DNA of 64,000 bases from Myxococcota bacterium. GTDB lineage: Bacteria > Myxococcota_A > UBA9160 > UBA6930. The stretch lies in assembly GCA_965223415.1 (NCBI GenBank), contig OZ245002.1, positions 3,360,001-3,424,000 on the forward strand, written 5' to 3'. Positions 19,714 to 33,415 of the stretch are shown here, one piece after another (position 1 is the first letter of the stretch; every line of letters starts with the position of its first letter). Position numbers and translations under genes: made by a program. The notes under the pieces were generated by a model. It made no database searches and was not told where the DNA came from. It saw only the letters and a list, made by a program, of their open reading frames with translations.

Positions 19714-20496
19714 ATGAGCGAGCTCCTGTACGAGAAGGACGGCCACGTCGCCGTCTTGACCCTGAACCGGCCCGACCGCATGAACGCGATCACCACGAGC
19801 ATGCTGTCCGAGCTCTCGCGGGTGCTGGTGGAGGTGGACCAGGACCGGGAGGTGCGGGCCGTCGTGCTCACCGGAGCGGGTCGCGGCTTCTGCGCGGGCC
19901 TCGACCTGAAGGACCAGGCCTCGGGCCAGGGTCTCGCCGTGGGCGGCGCCCCCACCAAGTTCGACCTGCGCGACGCGCCGCCCATGGTGCTGCACAACCT
20001 GGACAAGCCGACGCTCTGCGCCCTGAACGGCGGCGCCGCCGGCTACGGCATGGACCTGGCCCTCGGCTGCGATATCCGCATCGCCGCCGATACCGCCAAG
20101 CTCTCCGCCGCCTTCACCAAGCGCGGTGTGATCCCCGAGAGCGGTGGCACCTGGCTCCTGCCGCGGCTCGTGGGCTGGGCGAAGGCGGCGGAGGTGGCCT
20201 TCACCGGCCGCACCCTGAGCGCTGAGCAGTGCCTCGAGCACGGCCTCGTCAACCAGGTGGTGCCGGCGGAGCTGGTGCTCAAGGAGACCCTGGCCATGGC
20301 CCACGAGATCGCGGCCAATGCGCCCCTCGCCGTGCAGGCCACCAAGCGCATGATGCGCATGGCCCAGGACGAGACCTTCGAAGCCAACGTCCACCACGTC
20401 TTCCTGCAGCTCCTGCCCCTCTTCCGGAGCAAGGACTTCCAGGAAGGGGTGAAGTCGTTCCTCGAGAAGCGTCCGCCCGAGTTCGAGGGTCGTTAG
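19714..20496 (+). CDS. Enoyl-CoA hydratase/isomerase family protein
   Basis: LNRPDRMNA, GFCAGLDL and ALGCDIRIA motifs; GGAGG RBS. Confidence 0.93.
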   Translation: MSELLYEKDGHVAVLTLNRPDRMNAITTSMLSELSRVLVEVDQDREVRAVVLTGAGRGFCAGLDLKDQASGQGLAVGGAPTKFDLRDAPPMVLHNLDKPTLCALNGGAAGYGMDLALGCDIRIAADTAKLSAAFTKRGVIPESGGTWLLPRLVGWAKAAEVAFTGRTLSAEQCLEHGLVNQVVPAELVLKETLAMAHEIAANAPLAVQATKRMMRMAQDETFEANVHHVFLQLLPLFRSKDFQEGVKSFLEKRPPEFEGR

Positions 20497-20515
20497 GCGG
20501 ACGTTCGGAGGCCCC

Positions 20516-21798
20516 GTGATCGCGCGCGTGCTGGCCGCGGCCTTCCTGGCCGCGGTGCTTGCCGCCGTCCTGTGGCAGGACCACGGCGGGGCCCTGCCCC
20601 TGGGTCTCTTCAACGAGGGGCGCGGGGCGTATGCGGCGCTCTCCTGGGCCTGCCTCGCCGGGGCGGCGGCCGGCCTCGTCCTGCTCGCCGGCGAGGCGTT
20701 CCGGGGCCGCCCCCTGCGAGCCGCTGGGATCCTGCGCGGTCTCCTTGTCTCGTTCGTCCTGCTCGAGGCGCTTCTCTTCCTCGTGGACGTCAGCCTCGCC
20801 TCCCGGGGAGACGATCCGCCCCTCGGCGGGCCCTACCGGGAGCTGCGGACGGCGAACGCCGAGTGGCTCTTCGTGAAGAAGCCCCACGCGGGCTCGGCCC
20901 TCGGCTTTCGCACCGCCGAGCCCTATCCGAGGCGCTCCCGGGAGCCGCGCCTGCTCTTCCTCGGCGATTCCTACACCGAGGGAAGCGGACGCGCCGCCGC
21001 CTGCAACTACCCGGAGGTGGTGACGGGCGTGGTCGCCGAGCACCTCGGACGGCCGGTCGCGCTGCTGAACGCCGGCGTCGCCGGCTACGGCCCGAGCGAC
21101 GCGGTCCGGCTGCTGGCGCACCTGCTCGCGGAAGGCTACGAGGCGGACGCGATCGTGTTCGGCCTCTTCCTCGAGAACGACTTCGGCGACAACCTGCCCG
21201 GTACCACCCGCCGCGTCGTCGCCGGCGTGAACTTCCGCTTCCCGGAGTCGCCCTTCCTGCGGATCTTCCATCCGCTGAACAGCCGGAGCTTCCGCTATGC
21301 GCTCTTCGTGGAGCGGGCGAGTCGGCTCGTGCGCGGCAGCGGCGCCCGCGCCCGCCGGGACGCCGGGGCCTGTCGTCTCGCACCGGAAGCGGTCCCGACG
21401 GAGGCGCCCGCCGGGCTCCTGCACCTGGCGCGCCGTCGCCTGGCGGCGAACTACGGGCCAGCGGCGCGCTCGGCGATCGGGGAGGTCGAGGCGGCCCTCG
21501 GCGGGCTGCGTCGTCTCGCGGCGGAGCGGCCGGTCTTCGTCGTCGTGTTCCCGGATCGGGTGCTCGTCGACGAGGCCCTGGCCCAAGCGGCCGGAGCCGA
21601 CCCCCGGGTGCACGATCTCGGGCGGCTCGGCGCGTGGCTGGACGTCGCCTGGCCCGGCGCCATCCGGGTGGCGCCCGCCCTCGGTGCCGGCGCCGAGAAC
21701 TACCGGCCGAACGACACCCACCTCTCCGATCTGGGCAACCTCCGGGCGGGCCGCCACGTCGGCGCCGCCCTGGCCGAGCGGCTGGCCGGAGCGCCGGG

Positions 21799-21805
<7 letters not shown>
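20516..21805 (+). CDS. Membrane-anchored SGNH/GDSL hydrolase-like protein
   Basis: LGDSYTEG, NAGVAGYG, END and DTHL motifs; N-terminal TM helices. Confidence 0.8.
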
Positions 21806-23938
<2,133 letters not shown>

Positions 23939-23942
<4 letters not shown>

Positions 23943-24802
23943 CTCGCACGCCGAACCCCCGCGCCTGGTGGCTCGTGCTCCCGGTCCTCGGGGTCGTGGC
24001 CTTCTCGGCGCTGATCCCGCTGATGACGGTCGTCAACTACTCCGTTCAGGACATCTTCGGGCCGGGCCAGCGCGTGTTCGTGGGCAGCGAGTGGTTCCGG
24101 GAGATCCTGCACGATCCGCGGCTCCACGCCGCGCTCGGCCGCCAGCTCCTCTTTACCGCCTCGGTGCTCGCGATCGAGATCCCCCTGGGCGTAGCGATCG
24201 CCCTGGCCATGCCCACCCGCGGCGTCTCCGTCTCGATCAGTCTGGTCGTGCTGGCGTTGCCGCTGCTCATTCCCTGGAACGTGGTAGGCACGATCTGGCA
24301 GGTCTTCGGCCGCGCCGACATCGGGCTCGGCGGCGCCCTGCTGCGGGCCCTGGGCTCCGACTACAACTACGCCCAGAACGCCGCCGACGCCTGGGCGACG
24401 CTCCTGGTCATGGACGTCTGGCACTGGACGCCGCTGGTCGCCCTGCTGGCCTACGCGGGCCTGCGCGCCGTTCCGCCCGCCACCTACCAGGCCGCCCACG
24501 TCGATGGAGCGAGCCGCCTGGCGATCTTCCGCCACGTGGAGCTTCCGCGGCTGCGGGGCGTGCTCACCATCGCGCTGCTCCTGCGCCTGATGGACAGCTT
24601 CGTGATCTACACCGAGCCCTTCGTCCTCACCGGCGGGGGGCCCGGAAACGCCACCACCTTCCTCTCCCAGTACCTCGCGAAGATGGCGGTTGGCCAGTTC
24701 GATCTGGGGCCCGCCGCCGCCTTCTCGCTGATCTATTTCCTGGTGATCCTCGCGCTCTGCTTCGTGTTCTACACCGTCCTCACGGCGGAGGACGAGCGGT
24801 GA
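23939..24802 (+). CDS. Carbohydrate ABC transporter permease (GlpP-like)
   Basis: PLMTVVNYSVQD, MDVWHWT and QFDLGPAAA motifs. Confidence 0.88.
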
Positions 24803-25590
24803 AGCGCCTCGGGCTCGGCCTCTACCTCTCCTTGCTGCTGGTTCCCATCTATTGGATGGTGAACATGTCGTTCCGCACCAACGCGGACATCCTGGGTGCT
24901 TTCCGGCTGCTTCCGACGGAGCCGACCCTCGCCAACTACGCCACGATCCTGACCGACCCCTCCTGGTACGGGGGCTACCTGAACTCGATGGTCTACGTCG
25001 GCCTCAACACGGCCCTCTCCCTGGCGGTGGCACTGCCCGCGGCCTACGCGTTCTCGCGCTACCGCTTCCTCGGCGATCGCCAGCTCTTCTTCTGGCTGCT
25101 GACGAACCGGATGGCGCCGCCGGCGGTCTTCTTGCTGCCCTTCTTCCAGCTCTACTCGACCTTCGACCTGATCGACACGCACCTCGCCGTGGCCCTCGCC
25201 CACTGCCTGTTCAACGTGCCCCTGGCCGTGTGGATCCTCGAGGGCTTCATGTCCGGCGTTCCCCGCGAGCTCGACGAGATGGCCCAGCTCGACGGCTACC
25301 GCTTCCCGCGCTTCTTCCTCACGATCTTCCTGCCGGAGATCCGCGCCGGTGTCGGCGTGACAGCCTTCTTCTGCTTCATGTTCAGCTGGGTCGAGCTGCT
25401 GCTGGCGCGCACCCTCACCACCGTCGAAGCGAAGCCCATCGCGGCGGTGATGACGCGCACCGTGAGCGCCGCGGGCCTGGACTGGGGGCTCCTGGCCGCC
25501 GCCGGGGTACTCACCATCGTTCCCGGCGCGCTCGTGATCTGGTTCGTGCGCCACCACCTGGCCAAGGGCCTGAGCCTGGGGCGGGTATGA
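24799..25590 (+). CDS. Carbohydrate ABC transporter permease (GlpQ-like)
   Basis: FFWLLTNRMAPPAVF and FMFSWVELLLA motifs. Confidence 0.88.
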   Translation: MKRLGLGLYLSLLLVPIYWMVNMSFRTNADILGAFRLLPTEPTLANYATILTDPSWYGGYLNSMVYVGLNTALSLAVALPAAYAFSRYRFLGDRQLFFWLLTNRMAPPAVFLLPFFQLYSTFDLIDTHLAVALAHCLFNVPLAVWILEGFMSGVPRELDEMAQLDGYRFPRFFLTIFLPEIRAGVGVTAFFCFMFSWVELLLARTLTTVEAKPIAAVMTRTVSAAGLDWGLLAAAGVLTIVPGALVIWFVRHHLAKGLSLGRV

Positions 25591-25868
25591 TGGACCTCGA
25601 GTGGATGGCCTGGACCGCGCCCACCGCAGGCTTCTTCCTGGGGATCGCCGGAATCCTGCTCGGCATGACCGTCTGGCAGCTCTTCTCCCCGAGCGAGAGC
25701 CGCCGCGGTCTCCTCCCCATGGCGACCACACGGGGGGATCGTCTCTTCATCGGGCTCCTCGCCAGCGCCTTCCTGCATCTGGCCTGGCTGGCGCTCACGC
25801 CCTGGAGCCTGTGGGTCGCCCTGGGACTCTCGGCCGTGCTTCTGGTATCCGTCATGCGGTTCGGGTGA
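25587..25868 (+). CDS. DUF2160 small membrane protein (GlpU-like)
   Basis: WMAWT...TTRGDRLFIGLL signature. Confidence 0.85.
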   Translation: MMDLEWMAWTAPTAGFFLGIAGILLGMTVWQLFSPSESRRGLLPMATTRGDRLFIGLLASAFLHLAWLALTPWSLWVALGLSAVLLVSVMRFG

Positions 25869-25898
25869 GCAACGGGTTCGGGTGAGCAACGGGTTCGG
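25858..25898 (+). repeat. 17-bp tandem duplication (GGTTCGGGTGAGCAACG x2.4)
   Basis: Two exact copies plus a 7-bp partial copy, spanning the DUF2160 stop codon. Confidence 0.85.
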
Positions 25899-25918
25899 TG
25901 GAGCTGCGGGGAAGATCG

Positions 25919-27643
25919 ATGCGACGACGTGCACTGGGGATCCTCTGGCTGGTGGGTGCGCTGCTGGCGGCGCCGGCCGCCGGCGTCGACGAGCGCGCCG
26001 CCGCCGAGCGCTGGGTGGACCGCGAGTTCCAGCCCTCCACCCTGAGCCGGGAGGCCCAGCTCGAAGAGCTGGCCTGGTTCCGCCGGGCGGCGGAGCCCTT
26101 CCGCGGCATGGAGATCCACGTCGTCTCCGAGACGATCACCACCCACGAGTACGAGGCCAAGGTGCTCGCGCCGGCCTTCACCGAGATCACCGGCATCCAG
26201 GTCACCCACGACCTCATCCAGGAAGGCGACGTGATCGAGAAGCTGCAGACCCAGATGCAGTCCGGTCGCAACATCTACGACGCCTACGTGAACGACACGG
26301 ACCTGATCGGGACCCACTTCCGCTACGGCAACGTCGTTTCGCTCACGGCTTTCATGGAAGGGGAAGGGAAGGCCTTTACCAATCCGGGCCTCGATCTCGA
26401 GGACTTCATCGGCCGGAGCTTCGGCACGGGTCCGGATGGCGAGCTCTACCAGCTGCCGGACCAGCAGTTCGCGAACCTCTACTGGTTCCGCCACGACTGG
26501 TTCCAGCGCGAGGATCTCCGCACACGCTTCCGCGAGCGCTACGGCTACGAGCTCGGCGTTCCCGTCAACTGGTCCGCCTACCAGGACATCGCCGAGTTCT
26601 TCAGCGTGCACGTGAAGGAGATCGACGGGGTCCGGGTGTACGGCCACATGGACTACGGGAAGAAGGATCCCTCCCTCGGCTGGCGCTTCACCGACGCGTG
26701 GCTCTCGATGGCCGGCGCCGGGGACGTGGGCATCCCCAACGGCAAGCCCGTGGACGAATGGGGCATCCGGGTCGACGGCTGTCGCCCGGTGGGCTCGAGC
26801 GTCGCCCGGGGCGGCGCCACCAACGCCCCCGCTGCCGTCTTCGCGCTCACCCGCTACGTCGACTGGCTGAAGCGCTTCGCGCCTCCAGAGGCCGCGGGCA
26901 TGACCTTCTCCGAGGCGGGCCCGGTGCCGGCCCAGGGGCACATCGCCCAGCAGATCTTCTGGTACACCACCTTCACCGCGGACATGACGGCACCGGGCAT
27001 CGCCGTGATGAGCCCGGACGGAACGCCGCGCTGGCGCATGGCGCCGTCGCCCCACGGCCCGTACTGGGAAGAGGGCATGAAGCTCGGTTACCAGGACGCC
27101 GGGGCCTGGACGCTTCTGACCAGCACGCCTCCCGAGCGGCGCAAGGCGGCCTGGCTCTACGCCCAGTTCGCCGTGTCGAAGACGGTCTCTCTGAAGAAGA
27201 CCCTGGAAGGGCTCACGCCGATCCGCGAGTCGGACCTGGCCTCGGAGGCGATGAGCGAGGTGGCACCGCGCCTCGGCGGCCTGGTCGAGTTCTACCGCAG
27301 CCCCGCCCGTCTGGCGTGGACGCCCACCGGCACCAACGTCCCCGACTACCCGAAGCTCGCCCAGCTCTGGTGGCAGAACGTGGCCGAGGCGGTGTCCGGC
27401 GAGCGCACGCCCCAGCAGGCCCTCGACTCCCTGGCGGCCCAGCAGGATCGGATGCTGGGCCGCCTCGAGCGCGCCGGCGTGCAGGGCGCGTGCGGCCCGA
27501 AGCTCGGCCCGGAGGCGGATCCGGCCAGCTGGCTCGCGAAGCCCGGCTCGCCCAAGGCGGCCCTGGCCGACGAGAAGCCGCCGGGCCAGACCGTGCGCTA
27601 CGAGGAGCTGATCCGCGCCTGGCGAGAGGGGCGGGCGCGCTAG
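25919..27643 (+). CDS. ABC transporter substrate-binding protein (GlpV-like)
   Basis: Signal peptide; EFQPSTL, VVSETITTHEYE and HMDYGKKDPSLGWRFTDAW motifs. Confidence 0.9.
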   Translation: MRRRALGILWLVGALLAAPAAGVDERAAAERWVDREFQPSTLSREAQLEELAWFRRAAEPFRGMEIHVVSETITTHEYEAKVLAPAFTEITGIQVTHDLIQEGDVIEKLQTQMQSGRNIYDAYVNDTDLIGTHFRYGNVVSLTAFMEGEGKAFTNPGLDLEDFIGRSFGTGPDGELYQLPDQQFANLYWFRHDWFQREDLRTRFRERYGYELGVPVNWSAYQDIAEFFSVHVKEIDGVRVYGHMDYGKKDPSLGWRFTDAWLSMAGAGDVGIPNGKPVDEWGIRVDGCRPVGSSVARGGATNAPAAVFALTRYVDWLKRFAPPEAAGMTFSEAGPVPAQGHIAQQIFWYTTFTADMTAPGIAVMSPDGTPRWRMAPSPHGPYWEEGMKLGYQDAGAWTLLTSTPPERRKAAWLYAQFAVSKTVSLKKTLEGLTPIRESDLASEAMSEVAPRLGGLVEFYRSPARLAWTPTGTNVPDYPKLAQLWWQNVAEAVSGERTPQQALDSLAAQQDRMLGRLERAGVQGACGPKLGPEADPASWLAKPGSPKAALADEKPPGQTVRYEELIRAWREGRAR

Positions 27644-27661
27644 CCGGGCTACCGTCTCGCC

Positions 27662-28504
27662 ATGCACGTCATCGTCAACGGCGTCCGTCTCTTCTTCGAC
27701 GTGGACGGCGAGAAGCTCGCCGTCGATGGCGACGCGATGCGCGAGAAGCCCACCCTCCTGCTGCTGCACGGCGGGCCCGGCTTCGACCACTCGACCTGGA
27801 AGCCGGACTTCCAGCCCCTGCGGGACGTGGCCCAGCTCGTGTACCTGGATCACCGGGGCAACGGGCGCAGCGAGCACGGGCCACAGGAGGCCTGGAACCT
27901 CGACCAATGGGCCGACGACGTGCGCGGGCTGTGCGAAGCGCTGGGGATCGAGCGCCCCATCGTGATGGGGCAATCCTTCGGCGGCATGGTGGCCATCGCC
28001 TACGCGGCCAGGCACCCGGCCCATCCGTCGAAGCTGATCTTCTCCAGCACGTCCGCGCGCATGAGCCTGCCGCGCATGCTCGAGCGCTTCGAGGAGGTGG
28101 GTGGCGCGAAGGCGCGGGCCGCCGCCGAGCGCTTCTGGACCGAGCCGGGCCCGGGCACGCTGCCGACCTACACGCGGGACGCGCTCTCGGTCTACGGCAA
28201 GGAGTCCACGCCGCCCGAGATGATGAGCCGCGTTCGCTGGAACCTCGACGTGCTCTTCCACTTCGCCGGCCGGGAGGCCAGCCGCTTCGACTACCTGGAC
28301 CGGCTCGCAGGCGTGTGCTGCCCGACGCTCGTGCTCGGGGGGACGCGGGATCCCGTGTGTCCGATCGAGGACCAGGACGAGATCGCCGCGGCGCTTCCCG
28401 CGCAGCACGTGCAGTACGAGCGCTTCGAGGGCTGCGGTCACGGGGTCTTTCGCGACGACCCGGAGCGCGGCATGGCCGTGATCCGTTCCTTCGTCACTGA
28501 CTGA
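27662..28504 (+). CDS. Alpha/beta hydrolase (proline iminopeptidase-like)
   Basis: HGGPG, DHRGNGRS and GQSFGG nucleophile motifs, with Asp and His. Confidence 0.9.
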   Translation: MHVIVNGVRLFFDVDGEKLAVDGDAMREKPTLLLLHGGPGFDHSTWKPDFQPLRDVAQLVYLDHRGNGRSEHGPQEAWNLDQWADDVRGLCEALGIERPIVMGQSFGGMVAIAYAARHPAHPSKLIFSSTSARMSLPRMLERFEEVGGAKARAAAERFWTEPGPGTLPTYTRDALSVYGKESTPPEMMSRVRWNLDVLFHFAGREASRFDYLDRLAGVCCPTLVLGGTRDPVCPIEDQDEIAAALPAQHVQYERFEGCGHGVFRDDPERGMAVIRSFVTD

Positions 28505-28588
28505 CAGTCGCCCGAAGCCGAGCCGCCGACCGTTCGAGCCGCTATGGTGACCGCGCGCCGCCCGCCACCCGTACGTCACGAGGCTTCG

Positions 28589-28978
28589 ATGGGCCACCGG
28601 GTCTCCGTCGATTCCGAGCGTCACCTCGTCGAGCTCACCTTCGAAGGCGACGTGCCCTTCGAGGAAGAGGTCGAGGCGCTCGAGGACGTGATCTCCGACG
28701 ACCGCTATCGCCCGGGCGCGAGCTGGCTCGTCGACCGCCGTGCTTCGCGCATGCTCATCACGCCGGCGCAGGTACAGGAGCAGCTCGACAAGGTCGAGGC
28801 CGAGGGGCGACGCTTGTGCGGGGCTCGCATGGCTCACGTGGTGACGGCGCTCGCGGACTTCGGCCTGCTGCGAATGACGGAGCAGCTCGCCGCCGGCCGT
28901 CTGCCGAACGAGCTCGCGGTGTTCCGCGACATCGACGAGGCGAGGGCGTGGCTCGGGGTCGACGGCGAGGGCTCCTAG
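28589..28978 (+). CDS. Hypothetical protein (SpoIIAA/STAS-like small alpha/beta protein)
   Basis: C-terminal VFRDIDEARAWL pattern; typical codon usage. Confidence 0.65.
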   Translation: MGHRVSVDSERHLVELTFEGDVPFEEEVEALEDVISDDRYRPGASWLVDRRASRMLITPAQVQEQLDKVEAEGRRLCGARMAHVVTALADFGLLRMTEQLAAGRLPNELAVFRDIDEARAWLGVDGEGS

Positions 28979-30207
28979 AGAAGGACGCCGACCACGCAGC
29001 CCGTCATCAGCGTCGCCAGGGTGCCGGCCAGGATCGACCGTAGGCCGAGCGCCGCGAGCTCCGGCCGGCGGGAGGGCGCCATCCCGCCCATGCCGCCCAG
29101 CAGGATGGCCAGCGATCCGAAGTTCGCGAAGCCGCAGAGCGCATAGCTGGCGATCACCGCCGAGCGGTGGGAGATGGTCCCGTCCGCCATCATCCCGCTC
29201 AGCTGGTCGAAGGCCAGGAACTCGTTCAGCACGGTCTTCACGCCGAGGAGCTGGGCGATCTGGAAGCTGTCGCCGGGCTCGACGCCGAGGAGCAGGGCCA
29301 GCGGCCAGAAGGCCAGGCCCAGCAGCTGCTGGAGGGTCAGGTCTGGCCGGCCGACCAGGCCGCCGAGGGCGCCGAGAAGCGCGTTGATCAGCGCGATCAA
29401 CGCGACGAAGCAGAGCAGCAGCGCGCCGATGTAGCCGGCCAGCCGAAGGGCGGCGAGGGCGCCCTGGCTGGCGGCGTCGATCCAGTTGACCGAGCTGCGT
29501 TCGACACGAGCGCGGCCCACTTCGGCCGTTACCGGTGTGCCGGTCTCCGGGATCATCACCTTGGCGATCAGGATCGCCGCGGGCGCCGAAAGCAGGCTCG
29601 CCGTCACCAAATGGCCCGAGAACTCGCCTTCGCCGAGCATCTTCGCGTAGGCGACGAGTACCGATCCGGCGATCGTCGCCATGCCGGTGACCATCACCGT
29701 GAAGAGCTCGCTGCGCGTCATGCTCTCCAGATAGGGACGAACGAGCAGCGGCGCCTCGGTCATGCCCACGAAGATGTTGGCGGCCGCCGCCAGGCTCTCG
29801 GCCGCCGAGGTGCGTAGGGTGTGGCGGAGGACGGCGGCCATGCCGTCGATCACCCGCTGCACGATCCCCCAGTGGTAGAGGATCGAGAAGATGCTGCCCA
29901 TGAACAGGATGATCGGGAGCACGTCGAGGACGAAGGAGAAGCCCAGGGCCTTGATCGGGCCGAACATGAAGCTCGTGCCCTCTTCCGTGAAGCGCAGGAA
30001 GCCCAGAACCGCGTCGTTCACGCCGAGGAAGAAGACGCGCCCCGGCGCCGTCTTCAGCAGCAGCAGGGCCAGGGCGAGCTGGAGGCCGACGCCCCAGCCG
30101 ATGGCGCGCCAGGGCAGGCGTCGGCGCTGCTCGGAGAAGGCCCAGGCCACGGCGATCATCGCGAACAGGCCGAGCGCGCTGGTGAGGCGGAGGCCGGGGT
30201 CGCTCAC
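28975..30207 (-). CDS. nupC: Concentrative nucleoside transporter (CNT/NupC family)
   Basis: NIFVGMTEAPL, ATIAGSV, KTVLNEF and LCGFANFGS motifs. Confidence 0.92.
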   Translation of the reverse strand: MSDPGLRLTSALGLFAMIAVAWAFSEQRRRLPWRAIGWGVGLQLALALLLLKTAPGRVFFLGVNDAVLGFLRFTEEGTSFMFGPIKALGFSFVLDVLPIILFMGSIFSILYHWGIVQRVIDGMAAVLRHTLRTSAAESLAAAANIFVGMTEAPLLVRPYLESMTRSELFTVMVTGMATIAGSVLVAYAKMLGEGEFSGHLVTASLLSAPAAILIAKVMIPETGTPVTAEVGRARVERSSVNWIDAASQGALAALRLAGYIGALLLCFVALIALINALLGALGGLVGRPDLTLQQLLGLAFWPLALLLGVEPGDSFQIAQLLGVKTVLNEFLAFDQLSGMMADGTISHRSAVIASYALCGFANFGSLAILLGGMGGMAPSRRPELAALGLRSILAGTLATLMTGCVVGVLL

Positions 30208-30874
30208 GGAGGGGGCTCCGGCATGGGAAACGCTTCGACCAGACGGCGGGTCGCCACGAGCGGATCTTCTGCGCCGGCGACGGCGGAGATCACGGCGAAG
30301 CCCGCGGCGCCGGCGGCCGCGACCGCGGGCACCTCCGCCGGGCCGATGCCGCCGATCGCGACCAGCGGCTTCGGCTCCACCCGGGCCGCGGCCCTGCCGA
30401 GCGCCGGAAGGCCCCGTGCCGTGTAGGGGCTCTCCTTCGAGGCGGTTCCGAAGACCGGGCCGAAGGCGACATAGTCCACCGGTTCAGCCAGTGCCTGGGC
30501 GAGCTGGTCGTCGTCGTGGGTCGAGCGTCCCACCAGCAGCCGCCCGCGCGCCGGCTCGGGCAGCCGCCCCGGCGGCACGTCCTCCTGTCCGAGGTGGACA
30601 CCGTCGGCCCAGGCCAGCAGCGCCAGGTCGAAGCGATCGTTCACGAAGAAGAGCACGCCGGCGTCCCGGGTGCAGGCGCGGATCTCCCGGGCCCAGACGA
30701 GCGCGTCGCGATCGGTGGCCCGCTTCGCGCGGAGCTGCACGACGGCGGCGCCCCCCGCGCAGGCCGCACGGGCCTGCTCGACTGGCCCCCGGGGCCAGCG
30801 CGGGTCGTCGTCGGCGAGGACGTGGAGGCCGCGAAGTGCGTTCGCCGCGCCAGGTCCCGCCCCCGCAGCAAAGC

Positions 30875-30878
<4 letters not shown>
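30204..30878 (-). CDS. thiE: Thiamine-phosphate synthase
   Basis: QLRAK, VNDRFD, DGVHLGQED, GPVFGTASK and VAIGGI motifs. Confidence 0.92.
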
Positions 30879-32301
<1,423 letters not shown>

Positions 32302-32305
<4 letters not shown>

Positions 32306-33384
32306 TCGGGGCTCCTCTCCAGGGGCAGGGCGACGCGCACCCGCGTGCCTGCCCCCTTCTCACTCTCGATGTCCAGGCTGCCCTCGTGCTGGGCGATCCA
32401 GTACTCGGCGACGGCCAGCCCCAGGCCGGTGCCGCCGGTCCGGGTGGTGAAGAACGGCGTCGTCGCCTGGCGCAGCTCCTCTTCGTCCATCCCCGCGCCG
32501 GTGTCTTCGATCGTCACGGTCACCGTGGGACGGGAGCGGCCGTCGCCGGTGACGAGCCGATGGTCGAGGGCGACGCGGGTGGTGATGCGGATCCTGCCGC
32601 CGCTTTCGTCGAGAGCCTGGAGGCCGTTTCGCACCAGGTTCAGGAAGACCTGGGTGAGGCGGTCGCCGTCCGCGAGCAGGTCCGGAATCGAGGGGTCGAA
32701 GTTGCGCAGGACCCGGGCGCTGGCGAAGGCCGGATCCATCCCCGCCAGCTCGAGCACGTGGTCGAGCACGCGATGGAGGTTCACCGGCAGGCGATCGAGC
32801 CGGTCGCCACGGGCGAAGACCATGAAGTCGTCGACCAGGCCGGCGATGCGGGTCGCCTCGCGCACGACCAGCTCGGAGATCTCGCGGGTCTTCGGGTCGT
32901 CGCTGCGCCGGCCCAGGATCTCGCCGGCACCCCGGATGCCGCCCAAGGGGTTCTTCACCTCGTGGGCGAGGCCCGCGGCGATCCGGCCGAAGGCCTCGAA
33001 GCGCTCGCGCTCCGCCTCGAGCTGCTCGAGCCGGTGGCGGGCGCTGCGATCCCGCAACACCAGCACCACGCCGTCGAGCTCGCCTTCGGCGAAGAGCGGC
33101 GTCGCCGCCACGTCCACCCGGGCGTGCTCGCCGCTGCGGAGCTCGATGGTCAGGCGAGCTTCGCTGAAGCCCTGGGCCCGAGCGAGGGCCTTGCGCCCGA
33201 GGCCGGCCACCGCGTGGCCCGGCGTCACGAGCTCTTCCACCGGACGCCCGACCAGGTGCTCCCGCGAGTGTTCGATCAGACGGCACGCGACGGAGTTGAT
33301 CTCCTCCACCCGCCCCTCGCGGTCGAGCACGACCACGCCGGCGGCGATGGCCTCGAGCACGCTGCCGAGGTCACGGGCGCTCAC
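32302..33384 (-). CDS. ntrB: PAS sensor histidine kinase (NtrB-like)
   Basis: PAS domain, LAHEVKNPLGGIRGA, FDPSIP and GTGLGL motifs. Confidence 0.85.
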
Positions 33385-33415
33385 GTCGCCTCCTGCGCCG
33401 GGCGATCGCGGACGC

